64,000 nucleotides of DNA from Eledone cirrhosa (GCA_964016885.1 OZ024740.1:154752001-154816000), one strand, 5' to 3'; shown: positions 31,280 through 48,656, numbered from the stretch's first letter. Translations and numbers: made by a program. Notes: generated from the sequence alone by a model not told the origin.

Positions 31280-34200
31280 TAAAATATGTTCAGTTTTCAT
31301 GAATTTAAATTACATCATTAATAATATTAATAATAAAGATATAGAGAGAGAAAAGGAAAGAAAAAGAGAAAGATATAGAGAAAAAAGAGAGAGAGAAAAG
31401 AGCATAGAAAGAGAAGAGAAAAGGATAAAGAAAAAATAAAAGGTAAATAAAAATAAAAATAAAGGGAAAAATAATGATACCAACAATAAATGAATAAATG
31501 CTAATAAATAAGTTACATCGAGGATGATACAAAACAATATAAAATATGAAAATAAATAAATAAAAAATGTTTATATGTGCGAAGAAAAGTAAACATAGTA
31601 AGATTATTGAGAGTAGTTGTGGTGTTGGTGGTTAAAACATAGAGATACGATGGTATAAACATGAAAATGTTAAATATATTCATGTGTGTATTGGTTATTT
31701 TAATAAATTAATTAGACAATTCATTATTTGATTAATTAATTGTAAGTTATGTTAGAAGTGAAAATAATACGATAAGATAAAATGTAAGAGATGAAATAAA
31801 TTTAGGGAGAGAAATAGAGATAGAAAATGAAAGAGAGAAAATATAAAATATAAAATATAAAAGGTTATGATGGTTCATTGACAGATGATGACAATAATAA
31901 TAATTGTTTCTACTTTTGGCACAAGGCCAGCAATTACTCAGTACATTACTGGTATAATAATAATAATGATGATAATAGGTTATTATAATAGATCTAAGTG
32001 GTACAATTTGAGTTATGGAATAGATGGGATGAATTAAGTTGGTCTAAAATTATCGAATTTGGTCGCCATTTTAGGTCTACAGAAAATAGTTCGTTCAATT
32101 TTGCTGTTAAGTAGCATTTTGTTCCATCACAACAAGCTGCAAAATAACATCAATGCACTACTAAAAAAATTGCGTAACATCAACGGTATTATAGTAAAGG
32201 CAGCCATAACATTAAACGTATACACCATAAGCCTTAATACATACAACAACTTTATACGCCGGGAATTACATAAAAAATACAAGAAAACTACAGTCTACAC
32301 TCAATAACATTAACAAGGAAGACTTAACATAGTAAAAAAAACTTAAAATATCTAATAGAACCGAACCTCTAACCCCTTGTAAACCCACTTTTAATCTGAA
32401 GGATCATAAATGCACTTCGAAACTGACCCTACTATTAGATTAATATTCCCATCAAAATCTGATATAGGCAAAATTAGCAAGTATATACTAAATAGAATAA
32501 TACCACAAATTAAAGAAAAACTAATAATTAAGCTCTGGGGTAACACTAATGAAGCAATAGATTGGTTTAGCAAATTAGACAATAAAGAATCTTCCGACTT
32601 CATACAATTTGACATCAATGACTACTACTCTTCTATTTCTCCAGTAACCCTAAATAAGGCACTAACCTTTGCACAAAAAAAACTCTGACCTATCACCAGA
32701 TGAAATTAAAATAATACTAGCTGCTAGAAGAACAATCATTAGGTTCGATAATAGTTATTGGGAAAGAAAAAATAGACAAAATAACTTTGATATCACTTAT
32801 GGGATCGAACGATTCAGCTCAAGTAACGGACACTGTCGGAATATATATAGCACATATCTTGCATAAGGAATTTGATAACCTACAGGGAGGAATTTATAGA
32901 GACGATACATTACTTTTAGCTAAAAACCTAAATAATCAAAATTTAGAAAGATTACGGAAAAAGATTAGAACATTCTTCAATAAATTAGGCCTAAACATCA
33001 CTTTTGAACGCAACTCTAAAAAAACTAACTTCTTAGATGTATCACTTAACCTAAACACAGGTCTAATAGAACCCTTCCATAAAAATAACGAAAATTTAGC
33101 TTACATTAATTATAACTCTAATCACCCTCGCTCCATAATTAACTCCATAGTACATAGTATATCCCTTAGAATCTCGCGCTTATCTTCTAATCTAGAGATT
33201 TTTAACGAACACGCTAACTACTACAACATAGCTTTACTTAAGGCAGGCCATAAAGAGAGACTCAAATACATACCAGATACAAAAAATAACACACTTAACA
33301 GAAATACACTATCCACACCTATAGAAGCAACAAATCTAGGACTAAACATAGAAATTGGCAACAAGCACCAGAATTAATTGAACCGAATACTAATATAAGG
33401 ACCACTAGAAACTATAGAAGATGCACAGATAGAAACTACTTATAGTTCAATCCAATATTTAACTCCTCTATAAAAACAACACTACCTTATACTTTCTTTA
33501 AATTAGTTGACAAACACTTCCCTAAACTTCATAAATACCATAAAATCTTTAATAGAAAAACTATCAAACTATCTTACTTTACTGCCAACAACATAGAATC
33601 GCACATACATAAAATTAACTATAAGAGAATTTCTAATACAAGTAGCCCGCAAACAAGTACCATAATACAAAATATAAAACACAAACACATAACATCATCA
33701 CAACGAAACACACGTCAGAACACATCACGACAATACATCAACAAACCCTATTCTCAGCCCTTGCATAACAACATACAAAACCGTATCGTGGAACCGGCAC
33801 GTAGGAAAGCATCAAAATGTAATTGTCATCTGCCTGATAAATGCCCATTACAAAATAGATGCCTGGAGTCAAATATAGTGTACCTATGTACTATAAATTC
33901 CGGCAACTTAGCATAGCACTACATAGGTTCGACAGCGGAGGAGTTCAAGAAAAGGCGGTATGTCCACAGACACTCTATAAATAACAGGAAGCTTATGAAT
34001 ACAACGACGCTCGCCAATAAAATCTGGCAGCTCAAAGATACAAACCAGGAATGCAGAATCAGCTGGATGAAGTTATCAACGGCAATAGCCTATAGAATTA
34101 GCATGTCCCACTTTGGTTTTTGTAATATGGAACTATTCCAAATTTTAAAATACAACAAAATGCTACTTAACAACAAAATTGCACGAACTATTTTCTGTAG

Positions 34201-34312
34201 GCCTAAAACGGCGACCAAATTCGATAATTTTAGACCAACTTAATTCATCCCATCTATTCCATAACTCAAATTGTACCACTTAGATCTATTATAATAACCT
34301 ATTATCATCATT

Positions 34313-37300
34313 ATTTTTTATTCCCTGGTCCATTCATCTATCTGTATCATTTCGCCCAGAATCCAATCTTTGCTTTTTCTATTCGATAATTCTATCGTAT
34401 TTTTCAAAACAAATCTTGTATTTTTTGTGCTTGTTAAAATATGCCCAAAATACGAGGATTTTATTAAAACCTTAACCTCTTCTCCCTCCTATTCTTCACC
34501 CACCCACCCCACCCCCTATATCATGCTGGTTTGCCCTCAACCATTCCTCTCTCCAAATATAAAATAAATCCTTTGCAAGTACGAAACTCAGAAATCGCCA
34601 ACCCCTTTTCAGGCTAGGCTGCTCGCACGGTGAAATGTAACGTACTAATTGCTATTTCTTCACTCTTCTCTCCATTTTTTATTCCCTGGTCCATTCATCT
34701 ATCTGTATCATTTCGCCCAGAATCCAATCTTTGCTTTTTCTATTCGATAATTCTATCGTATTTTTCAAAACAAATCTTCTTGTATTTTTTATGCTTGTTA
34801 AATACGAGGATTTTATTTAAATCTTAACTTTCTCGCTAGCTACCCCATATCCTCCCTCCCACCCGCCCCCACTCACCACCATTATTACGTGGGCCAATCA
34901 TAAGTCAGCGGCCTATGCTATCACTTAAGTTTAGACCTGGTTGCCTTTCGATATGATGGATGGACTACGGAATTCTGGAGAGTTTGAAAAATATCTGGAC
35001 ACTCAGTGACAATGCCAAAGATAAAGACAAATTCACCTCATGCTGCCGGACGAGAATGCAAGGACTCCTCCTCTTTATTTCGGCCGGGGATGGCTAACAT
35101 AAACCCATCTCCTCCCCCCCCCCCTGCTCCCCACCGTTCTCACCCTCCAAACGCAATCCAAAACTTCAGAGTTGGTACCATGAATGTAGGTACCTTAAAA
35201 GGTCGCTCTAACGAGGTTATAGAAAGGCTTCAGCGTAAGGAGGTCGATGTTTGCTGTATTCAAGAAACGAGGTGGAGGGGTGGGTCTGCTAGATTCATTG
35301 TGGGTAAAGAACGATGCTATAAGCTTTTCTGGGTGGGAAATTACAATGGGCTGGGTGGTGTTGGAATCATGGTAGCAGAAAAGTGGGCAGATAAGATAAT
35401 TGACGTAAATAGAGTGAACGACAGAATAATTAAAATAAGACTTGTCCAATAGAACTACTGTGACAATAATATCTGCATATGCACCACAATCCGGACTGCC
35501 TGGCATTATAAAAGACAGATTCTATGAGACGTTAATGCTCATTACCTCCCAAATAACCGACAGTGACTACATAGTTATCGCTGGCGACCTAAATGGTCAC
35601 GTTGGACAACATTCTGACGACTATGACGGAATCCATGGAGGCTATGGGTTTGGTACTAGAAATGAGGAAGGCTCCAGAATCCTGGAATTCTGTGATGCAA
35701 ATAACCTAACTATCTGTAACACTAACTTCAAAAAACGAGACAATCACTTGATCACCTATAGATCAGGGGAACACACCAGCCAGGTAGATTATATCCTTAC
35801 CAGAAGACGTGACAGAGTGTCTGTTGTAAACACTAAATCCCTCCCCCATGAAGAATGCACCTCTCAACATAGACTCATAATTAGCGACCTCATAGTCAGG
35901 ACGAGACGTTCTCGACAACAGAAGAGGACTATCCGCAGGAGAAAAATATTTAAGTTAAAGGACTCCACAGCCAGTAATAAATTTAAAAGCATATTACTTG
36001 ATGCTTTTGATAGTAAGGAAGAGCAATTAGAGTTGTACAATATAGAGGAACAGTGGGAATTCCCGAAAGCTAACCTGCTGAAGGCGACAGATGAAACCTG
36101 TGGCTGGAGCAGACCTATAGGCAGGAGGAGAGTAACTTGGTGGTGGAACAGTAAGGTGGAGGGGTCAATCAAGGCCAAAAAGCAGGCTTGGAAAGCATGG
36201 CGAGATGGGGGAAGTAGAGAAGACTATTAAGTGGCCAGGAGGGAAGCTAGGAGACAAGTGTACTTCGCAAGAAGGGAAGCAGAGGAAAGAAAGTTCAAGC
36301 ATGTTTTACAATGCGAGGACCAAAGACGTGAGGTGTTCAGGATTGCTAGGCAATGTGTCAAGGAAAACCGGAGAAGTGTGTCCTTAATGATGATGGTGTA
36401 CTTGCCATCACTGACGCTGATAAGAAGGTAGCTTGGAAGTGTCACTACGAAAGGCTACTAAATGAGGAGAATAATTGGGAGAAAGACAGTCTCCCCCACA
36501 TCGATCCAATAGAGGGACCAGCAGTGCAAGTTGAAGGTAGTATAATAAGTAAGGCAATCAAAGACACGATAAAGGGAAAGGCGGCTGGGCCTTCGGAAAT
36601 AGTTGCTGAAATGCTGAAAGCATCTGGAACGGTGGGACACAGTATGGTCACCCGGATAGTAAACCAAGTCATACAGAATGAGATCGTTTCGAAGGACTGG
36701 CGGAGCAGCATCATCATTAACTGCTACAAGGGTAAAGAAGATGCCCTAGATAGGGGAAACTATAGAGGCATTAAATTAATTGACCAGGTCATGAAGGTCA
36801 CAGAAAAAGTAATAGCGCAACTAATCAGAGAGCGAATTGATCTAGACGAATTGCAGTTCGGGTTTGTGTCAGGTAAAAGTACAACAGACGCTATTTTCAT
36901 TGTACGATAACTACAGGAGAAGTACCTAGCTAAAAGTAAACCCCTATACTTACCTTTTGTTGACTTGGAGAAAGCCTTTGACAGAGTACCCCGCTCGATT
37001 ATCTGGTGGGCCCTTAGAAAACTAGGTGATGAATGGTTTGTGAGATCAATACAAGCCATGTATAAAGAAACAGTCAGCAAGGTTAGAATTAACAACGAAT
37101 ATAGTGAAGAGTTTAGCGTAAAAGTTGGTGTTCATCAGGGCTCCGTCCTTAGCCCCCTACTATTTATTATTGCCCTTCAGGCTATAACAAAGGAGTTCAA
37201 GACCGGCTGCCCATGGGAACTCCTATACGCAGACGACCTGACACTCATAGCTGAATCAATGGCCGAGCTAGAGAAGAAATTCCAAACATGGAAGCACGGC

Positions 37301-38566
37301 CTAGAATCAAAAGGCCTTAAAATTAACCTGTCTAAGACTAAAGTTCTAGTTTGTAGGAAGGAAAATAGGGCACTGGTCACATCTGGGAAATGGCCATGCT
37401 CAGTGTGTAGGAAAGGAGTAGGCAGAAGCTCCATTTTATGTCCCAAATGCAAAGTATGGGTGCATAAAAAATGTAGTGGGATCACAGGTAAGCTAACTAA
37501 GAATATAGATTTTATATGTGGCCGGTGCTCTGGTGCAATAAGTAGCAGCAAGTGCCCACAAATACTAGCTCATTCCATTGCACAGATGGTTCTATATAAA
37601 TAGTGAACACCTTCCGTTAACTGGGTGACAAAATCAGCAGTGGTGGAGGGTGCTCTGAAAGTACAGTAGCTAGAGTCAAAACGGGATGGAAAAAGTTCAG
37701 AGAGCTTATACCATTATTGGCCACTAAAGGGTTCTCTCTAAAAATGAAAGGCAGGCTGTATGATGCCTGCATACGAACAGCAATGTTACATGGCAGTGAG
37801 ACCTGGGCATTGTGTGCAGAGGATATATGCAGACTGGAGAGGAACGAAGCTTGCATGCTCCGTTTGATGTGTAATAGTAATATACGTGAACGGCAAAGCA
37901 TAAATGAACTAAGGGAGAAATTAGGAATAAGAGGAATCAGATGCTGTTTACTCGAGAGAAGACTATGTTGGTATGGTCACGTGATGCGCATGAAAGACGA
38001 CAGCTGTATAGAAAAGTGCAGGGCGATAAAAATAGACGGTAGCTACGGAGTAGGCAGACCCAGAAAAACCTGGGACGACTTGATAAATTCCAACCTCACA
38101 CACTTACACCTCTCCAAGACAATGTCACTGGACCGAGATCTTTGGCGCTACACAGTAATAGAGAAGACCCGCCTTGCCTAAGTACAAAGCGAAACAGTCA
38201 GTAGGCTCCTCTAACAAAAATAACCCCCGTCCCACCACCCCCACCCCATGCACACCACCCCTTTCGATGTAAAGTTATGTTGGTACCACAACATCCTGTC
38301 CGAAATAAATGAGGTCGTGTAGGTGTCACGACAAAAAAACACACAGTCCACGCTGTAATGTGGCCGTGTAGGTAACACGGTAAAAACCTCCCAGTCCCAC
38401 ACTGTAAACGTGGTTGGTGTTAGGAAGGGCTTCCAGCCGTAGAAAACCCGCCAGACAGTCCTATACGAGCAAGACAACCAATCTTGCCTCAAGTGGGAAA
38501 ACTCCCGTCCAAACCCATGCAAGCGTGGAAGATGGACGTATAAACGATGATGATGATGATGATGAT
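34313..38566 (+). mobile_element. RTE-clade LINE, near full length, decayed
   Basis: APE (TMNVGTL, CIQETRW, SAYAPQ, GDLNGHVG, QVDYIL), RT (QFGF, DLEKAFDRV, HQGSVLSP, LYADD), Cys-rich insert, GRPRKTW, (GAT)n tail. A 5' UTR segment is duplicated (34313 and 34674). Confidence 0.92.
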
Positions 38567-39190
38567 TGTCATCATCTGTCAATGAACCATCATAACCTTT
38601 TATATTTTATATTTTATATTTTATATTTTCTCTCTTTCATTTTCTATCTCTATTTCTCTCCCTAAATTTATTTCATCTCTTACATTTTATCTTATCGTAT
38701 TATTTTCACTTCTAACATAACTTACAATTAATTAATCAAATAATGAATTGTCTAATTAATTTATTAAAATAACCAATACACACATGAATATATTTAACAT
38801 TTTCATGTTTATACCATCGTATCTCTATGTTTTAACCACCAACACCACAACTACTCTCAATAATCTTACTATATTTACTTTTCTTCGCACATATAAACAT
38901 TTTTTATTTATTTATTTTCATATTTTATATTGTTTTGTATCAACCTCGATGTAACTTATTTATTAGCATTTATTCATTTATTGTTGGTATCATTATTTTT
39001 CCCTTTATTTTTATTTTTATTTACCTTTTATTTTTTCTTTATCCTTTTCTCTTCTCTTTCTATCCTCTTTTCTCTCTGTCTTTTTTCTCTATATCATTCT
39101 CTTTTTTCTTTTCTCCTTTTTATTCTTTTTTTCTCTCTATCTCTCTTTCTTTTTCTCTCTCTCTATCTTTATTATTAATATTATTAATGA

Positions 39191-39284
39191 GGTTAACTTT
39201 GCCTTTCATCCTCACGGGGGTCGATAAAATAAAGTACCAGTAATGCACTGGCTGATTGCTGGCCTTGTGCCTAAAGTAGAAACA
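39191..39284 (+). mobile_element. 5'-truncated SINE with 11-bp TSD
   Basis: GCCTTTCATCC..GGGGTCGATAAA domain. TSD ATTATTAATGA (39180-39190, 39285-39295). Absent from the mirror arm. Confidence 0.85.
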
Positions 39285-40427
39285 ATTATTAATGATGTTG
39301 TAATTTTAATTCATGAAAACTGAACATATTTTAACAGTTTCTCCGATGATGGTTAAGCTAACAATGTATTTAAAATTATTCAGCAATTTTTAGACAACAT
39401 AATCAGTTAAACAATTGTTAGTCTGTATAAATAAAACCCTTTATTCTTCACTCTTTCAATATTATTACTCCAAGATAAACTTACATAGGAATACAAGTGA
39501 AATCATAAACTCGTCTACGTAAACCTCTTGTTGAGTCAAACAACGCCGTCCGCTAAAACTATCCATAATAAGAAGTATTCACAACCTCTAACTGGATTAC
39601 CTATAACGATATTTTGTTATCCCTTATATATAAGTATATATAAATATGTATATATATATATATGTTTATATTTATTAAAATAACAGATTAAAGTTTAAGC
39701 AAAGAATCGCTGCTTTCACCCTTAACGGGATCTTCTGATAATATATATATCATCATTTTACGTCTGCTTTTCCCTACTTGCAGGGGTGGGACGGGAACTG
39801 ATTCTGGCTTGATTTCTACAGCTGAGTAAACTGGAGCAATGTGAAATAAAGTGTCTGTGTGTGTTTATATTTGTTTATTTATTTGTTTATTTACATGTTA
39901 CTGGTTGGTTGTTTGTTCTATGTGTGTGTGTGTTTTCATTTTGTCCGTAATTGTAAGTTGTGATGTTCCTATTCCATCACAACATCACAACTTACTATTA
40001 ATGACGTGTTATATTCGTTTTTTCCCGTTCATGGCCAGCGAACGTTTCCACGAACCAAAGTATCGTCTTCCTGTCTTCCTCCGGTTGCAACGTTTTTTGG
40101 AAAAATCCACTTCTGCGTTTACAAATTGACTTTGCTAGTTTCAGAATATATATATATATATTATATATATATATATATTATATAAATTATATATATATAT
40201 ATATTATATAAATTATATATATATATATATTATATATATATATATATATATAAATTACATATATATATATATTATATATATATATATATATTATATATAT
40301 ATATATATTATATATATTATATATATATATATTATATATATATATATATTATATATATATATATTATATATATTATATATATATATATATATTATATATA
40401 TATATTATATATATTATATATATATAT

Positions 40428-40471
<44 letters not shown>

Positions 40472-40501
40472 AATATTATATATATATATATATATTATAT
40501 A

Positions 40502-40600
<99 letters not shown>

Positions 40601-40670
40601 ATATATATTATATATATATATATATATATTATATATATTATATATATATATATATATTATATATATTATA

Positions 40671-40708
<38 letters not shown>

Positions 40709-40717
40709 TATATATTA

Positions 40718-40899
40718 GGCGGTGGATTGGCAGTATCGGTAGAGGGTCGGACGCCTGCATAGTTACGTCCCTTTACGATCTGAGTTCAAATCCCGCCGAG
40801 GTTGAATTTGCCTTTCATCCCTACGGGGTCGATAATCCTTACGGGGTCAGTAATGCACTGGGTAATTGCTGGCCTTGTGCCTAAAGTAGAAACAATTAT
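40718..40899 (+). mobile_element. Full-length tRNA-derived SINE
   Basis: A box TGGCAGTATCGG, B box GAGTTCAAATCC, central GCCTTTCATCC..GGGGTCGATAA, tail GGCCTTGTGCCTAAAGTAGAAACAATT. Confidence 0.85.
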
Positions 40900-41013
40900 A
40901 TAAATATATATATATTATATATATATATATTATATATATATATATTATATATATATATAATTATATATATATATATTATATATATATATATAATATATGT
41001 TATATATATATAT

Positions 41014-41045
<32 letters not shown>

Positions 41046-41169
41046 ATATTATATATATATATATATTATATATATATATATATTATATATATATATATTA
41101 TATATATATATATTATATAGATATATATTATATATATATATATATATTATATATAATATAAGTTATATA

Positions 41170-41274
<105 letters not shown>

Positions 41275-41280
41275 ATATAT

Positions 41281-41384
<104 letters not shown>

Positions 41385-41386
41385 TA

Positions 41387-41426
<40 letters not shown>

Positions 41427-41437
41427 TATTATATATA

Positions 41438-41551
<114 letters not shown>

Positions 41552-41556
41552 ATATA

Positions 41557-41623
<67 letters not shown>

Positions 41624-41666
41624 TATATATATATATTATATATATATATAATATATATATATATAC

Positions 41667-41723
<57 letters not shown>

Positions 41724-41739
41724 AGATATATTATATATA

Positions 41740-41777
<38 letters not shown>

Positions 41778-41813
41778 TTATATATATATATATTATATAT
41801 ATATATATATATA

Positions 41814-41860
<47 letters not shown>

Positions 41861-41875
41861 TATATATATATATAT

Positions 41876-41950
<75 letters not shown>

Positions 41951-42107
41951 ATATTATATATATAATATATATATATATATATATTAATATATATTATATA
42001 TATATATATATATTATATATAATATAATATATATATATATATATAATATATATTATATATATATATATTATATATATATATATATAATATATATTATATA
42101 TATATAC

Positions 42108-42142
<35 letters not shown>

Positions 42143-42161
42143 ATTATATAGATATATATAA

Positions 42162-42204
<43 letters not shown>

Positions 42205-42282
42205 ATATAATATATGTTATATATATATATTATATATATATAATATATATTATATATATATATTATATATATATATATTATA

Positions 42283-42323
<41 letters not shown>

Positions 42324-42331
42324 TATATATA

Positions 42332-42372
<41 letters not shown>

Positions 42373-42380
42373 TATATATA

Positions 42381-42411
<31 letters not shown>

Positions 42412-42428
42412 AATATATATTATATATA

Positions 42429-42466
<38 letters not shown>

Positions 42467-42467
42467 T

Positions 42468-42498
<31 letters not shown>

Positions 42499-42510
42499 AT
42501 ATATATATAT

Positions 42511-42543
<33 letters not shown>

Positions 42544-42551
42544 GTATATAT

Positions 42552-42604
<53 letters not shown>

Positions 42605-42633
42605 ATAATATATATATATATATATTATATATA

Positions 42634-42711
<78 letters not shown>

Positions 42712-42743
42712 ATATATATATATAATATATATATATATTATAT

Positions 42744-42775
<32 letters not shown>

Positions 42776-42778
42776 TAT

Positions 42779-42871
<93 letters not shown>

Positions 42872-42872
<1 letters not shown>

Positions 42873-43816
42873 TAGCAGTAAAGCCCGGCGTTGCTCGGGG
42901 TCGCTCAGTAGCTGTGTTAAAGTTACAATGTTAAGTTTCTTTCTTGGCTTAAAAACTGTAGTGTCTACTGTGCAGACTTGCATGTGGTGTTTTTGATTAA
43001 TATTCCCTCACCAACAATATGCATTATGAAGTTAAGAAAACAACGATAACCCGAATGTTATAACAAAAGAGGATGCTGGGGATAGAAACTGCACTGGTTA
43101 TTTATTAACAAAGATCGAAAAATGTAAACACTGCAACGCAGAGAAAAACATTAGCGTAGCCAAATTATCAGTTATGTCTGTCTGCACGGCCTACATTACC
43201 TCTCTGCACGACTGTCTGTCTGCACGCCTATATCACCTCTCTGCACGACTGTCTGTCTGCACGCCTATATCACCTCTCTGCACGACTGTCTGTCTGCACG
43301 CGTATATCACCTCTCTGCACGACTGTCTGTCTGCACGACCGTCTGTCTGCACGCCTAACGACGAAATATTTGCTTGTTTTACGTAGTCTTTAAATAGACT
43401 TGTTTTCAAGTAAAAATATTGTGTTAAAATGCTTTTAAATGGAAATGAAGCAAAACAGAAGCTTAGTGTTCGAACTGATGAATTTTACAGGTCAATATTT
43501 TGCTGGCTCGACAACTGTTCGTGTATTGTGTTAATGTCATTTTAAACGCTGAGAAAGCCAGTGTAATTTTTTACGTAAGACGCTCAATGTAAACAGAACA
43601 AAGGAAATAACTGATAACTTACGCTCAAAAATCGATACATTATATTCGATTTCGTCACATAGGGTGGGTCAATTTGAAATATTTTTTTCCGATGTCTTCG
43701 CTAGGGATCAAGGTACAAGTATCGCAATTTCGGTGCAATTCCGTCAGAGATTCTAAGAGGAGATGTGTGCCAAAAATCGATAGACAGACAGACAACCACA
43801 GTTTTATATATATAGA
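42872..43816 (-). mobile_element. Non-autonomous Helitron, copy 1, with 37-bp minisatellite
   Basis: Minus strand starts TC and ends with hairpin CCCGAGC-AAC-GCCGGG then CTAG; A|T target; no TSD. Confidence 0.85.
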
Positions 43817-43977
43817 TATATATATATAATATATATTATATATATATATATATATATAATATATATTATATATATATATATTATATATATATATATATAT
43901 AATATATATTATATATATATATATATATTATATATATATATAATATATATATATATATTATATATATATATATATAT

Positions 43978-44009
<32 letters not shown>

Positions 44010-44037
44010 ATAATATATATATATATATAATATATAT

Positions 44038-44069
<32 letters not shown>

Positions 44070-44113
44070 ATAATATATATATATATATATAATATAAATA
44101 TATATATATATAA

Positions 44114-44158
<45 letters not shown>

Positions 44159-44398
44159 ATATATTATATATATATATATTATATATATATATATATAATA
44201 TTATATATATATATATTATATATATATATATATATTATATAGATATATATAATATATATTATATATATATATATATATATTATTTATATATATATTATAT
44301 ATATATATATAATATATATTATATATATATATAATATAATTATATATATATATATTATATATATATATATAATATATATATAATATATATTATATATA

Positions 44399-44444
<46 letters not shown>

Positions 44445-44455
44445 TATATATATAA

Positions 44456-44497
<42 letters not shown>

Positions 44498-44516
44498 ATA
44501 TTTATATATATAATAT

Positions 44517-44572
<56 letters not shown>

Positions 44573-44644
44573 TATTATATATAGATATTATATATATATA
44601 TATATATTATATATATATATAATATATATATTATTATATATATA

Positions 44645-44691
<47 letters not shown>

Positions 44692-44974
44692 AATTATATA
44701 TATATATATATATTATATATATATATATATATATTATATATATTATATATATATATATTATATATATATATTATATATATTATATATATATATATTATAT
44801 ATATATATTATATATATATTATATATATATATATATATATTATATATATTATATATATATATATTATATATAAATATATATATTATATATATATATATAA
44901 TATATATATATATATATTATATATATATATATATTATTATATATATTATATATTGTATATATTATATATATATA

Positions 44975-45017
<43 letters not shown>

Positions 45018-45032
45018 TATATATATATATAT

Positions 45033-45064
<32 letters not shown>

Positions 45065-45224
45065 ATATAATATATATATATATATATTATATATTATATA
45101 TATATTATATATATATATATTATATATATATATATATTATATATATATATAATATATATATATATAATATATATAATATATATTATATATATATATATAG
45201 AATATATATTATACATATATATAT

Positions 45225-45259
<35 letters not shown>

Positions 45260-45561
45260 ATATATATATTATATATATTAATATTAATATATATATTATA
45301 TATATATATATTATATATATTATATATATATATATATATTATATATATATATTATATATATATATATATATATTATATATATTATATATATATATATTAT
45401 ATATATATATATATTATATATATATATAATATATATATATATATATTATATATATATATTATATATATAATATATTATATATATTATATATTGTATATAT
45501 ATATAATATATATATATATATATTATATATATATTATATATATATATATATTATTATATAT

Positions 45562-45633
<72 letters not shown>

Positions 45634-45658
45634 TATATATATATATATTATATATATA

Positions 45659-45699
<41 letters not shown>

Positions 45700-45709
45700 T
45701 ATATATATA

Positions 45710-45741
<32 letters not shown>

Positions 45742-45747
45742 TATTAT

Positions 45748-45790
<43 letters not shown>

Positions 45791-45963
45791 ATATATATAT
45801 ATATTATATATATATATATTATATATATATATATATATATTATAGATATATATAATATATATATATATATAATATATAATATATTATATATATATATATA
45901 ATATATATTATATATATATATATTATATATATTATATATATTATATATTATATATATTATATA

Positions 45964-46088
<125 letters not shown>

Positions 46089-46096
46089 ATATTATA

Positions 46097-46170
<74 letters not shown>

Positions 46171-46675
46171 TATATATATATATATATTATATATAATATG
46201 TTGAGAAGGTAACGCACCAGAGAGAGATATATAGTGCGTTATCAATAATACAGGGGAAAAAAAACCCACCAGTGTATGGATCTATAACCTATGAAAGGGC
46301 AGACTATAGACACGATAATTAAAAATATAAATTAAAGCGTAAATAAATACCTTTATAACTATATAACACACGTACAAATCCAAAGATATGTTTCACCAAA
46401 AAATTGTTGAAAGAAATGGTCTAGTCTCGGTTCATCAGACAACACTAAGAGAATTTTACAATTGACTGTCCAGCTACACGTGGGAGAGAGAAGTCACAGC
46501 GTGTTTACGGGCAGTGAACCAGTGGCCTCTGAGAGACGAACTGCTAGAAAGGCAGCCCAAAGCCACTCAGAGAAGTGTGCTCAACCAAACAGAGATAGGA
46601 AAGACTGTTGTGCCTCCGTTAATTTATCGTGATATATTATATATATATATGTTATATATATATATATTATATATA

Positions 46676-46719
<44 letters not shown>

Positions 46720-46746
46720 TATATATATATAATATATATATATATA

Positions 46747-46801
<55 letters not shown>

Positions 46802-46989
46802 TATATATATAATATATTATTATATATATATATATATATATAATATATATTATATATATATAATATATATTATATATATATATATATATAATATATATTA
46901 TATATATATATATATATTATATATATATATAATATATATTATATATATATATATATATAATATATATTATATATATATATATATATTAT

Positions 46990-47021
<32 letters not shown>

Positions 47022-47025
47022 ATAT

Positions 47026-47134
<109 letters not shown>

Positions 47135-47142
47135 TATATATA

Positions 47143-47189
<47 letters not shown>

Positions 47190-47214
47190 TATATATTATA
47201 TATATATATATATA

Positions 47215-47281
<67 letters not shown>

Positions 47282-47282
<1 letters not shown>

Positions 47283-47588
47283 GACTTATTAAAGTAATAT
47301 AAACAAATCACTATCCGGTTTACCTTCCAAAAACAATCGGTTGTATTCTAATAGGGTACGTCAACGCTTATTTGTAAAACTGTTATATATTGTATTTTGT
47401 CTGATGAAGGCATACCATAATTTAATTTGGTATCCCTGAAATATGTATAATGAAATAAATATGGTTTTATAAATATAGTTTCCATTTATTAATATCGTGT
47501 ATCTACTCCAAATACTTGTCGAGTGCTTTATATCAGTTATAAAAATATTTACTTGTTGTATCCAACAATTTTAAATAGAACTTTTGCA
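47282..47588 (+). mobile_element. Short non-coding hammerhead element (family also at 48318-48577 and 50395-50800)
   Basis: Homologous copies, all flanked by TA. Confidence 0.8.
47393..47457 (+). ncRNA. Type I hammerhead
   Basis: TATTTTGT-CTGATGA-AGG.ATACCA..TGGTAT.CCT-GAAA-TATGTA-TA-ATGAAATA. Confidence 0.8.
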
Positions 47589-47593
47589 TATAT

Positions 47594-47624
<31 letters not shown>

Positions 47625-47630
47625 TATATA

Positions 47631-48283
<653 letters not shown>

Positions 48284-48574
48284 CCGATTATTACATATAT
48301 ATATATATATATATATATGCAAAAGTTCTATTTAAAATTGTTGGGATACAACAAGTAAATATTTTTATAACTGATATAAAGCACTCGACAAGTATTTCGA
48401 GTAGATATACGATATTAATAAATGGAAACTATATTTATAAAACCATATTTATTTCATTATACATATTTCAGGGATACCAAATTAAATTGGTATCATAATT
48501 CAATTTGGTATCCCTGAAATATGTATAATGAAATAAATATGGTTTTATAAATATAGTTTCCATTTATTAATATC

Positions 48575-48656
<82 letters not shown>

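Larger units (their letters stand above)
31113..39625 (+). mobile_element. Penelope-like element (CxCx5C type) with ~1 kb upstream inverted arm, interrupted by an RTE and SINEs
   Basis: Body at 32124-34243: FIQFDINDYYSSI, MGSNDSAQ, IYRDD, NFLDV, SNHP, CNCHLPDKCPL, YIGST. Left arm 31113-32123 mirrors 34154-34312 plus 38567-39462. Confidence 0.85.

Noticed and set aside
34313-35005. HDV-like ribozyme in the RTE 5' UTR
   Set aside because: I could not build the nested double pseudoknot by eye.
43176-43356. 37-bp repeats as a CRISPR array (also 51186-51403)
   Set aside because: Head-to-tail units with no unique spacers, inside a Helitron, in a eukaryotic context.
46385-46445. Minus-strand hammerhead (CTGATGA..GAAACATATC)
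   Set aside because: Core and stem II are present but stems I and III do not pair; at best a decayed copy.
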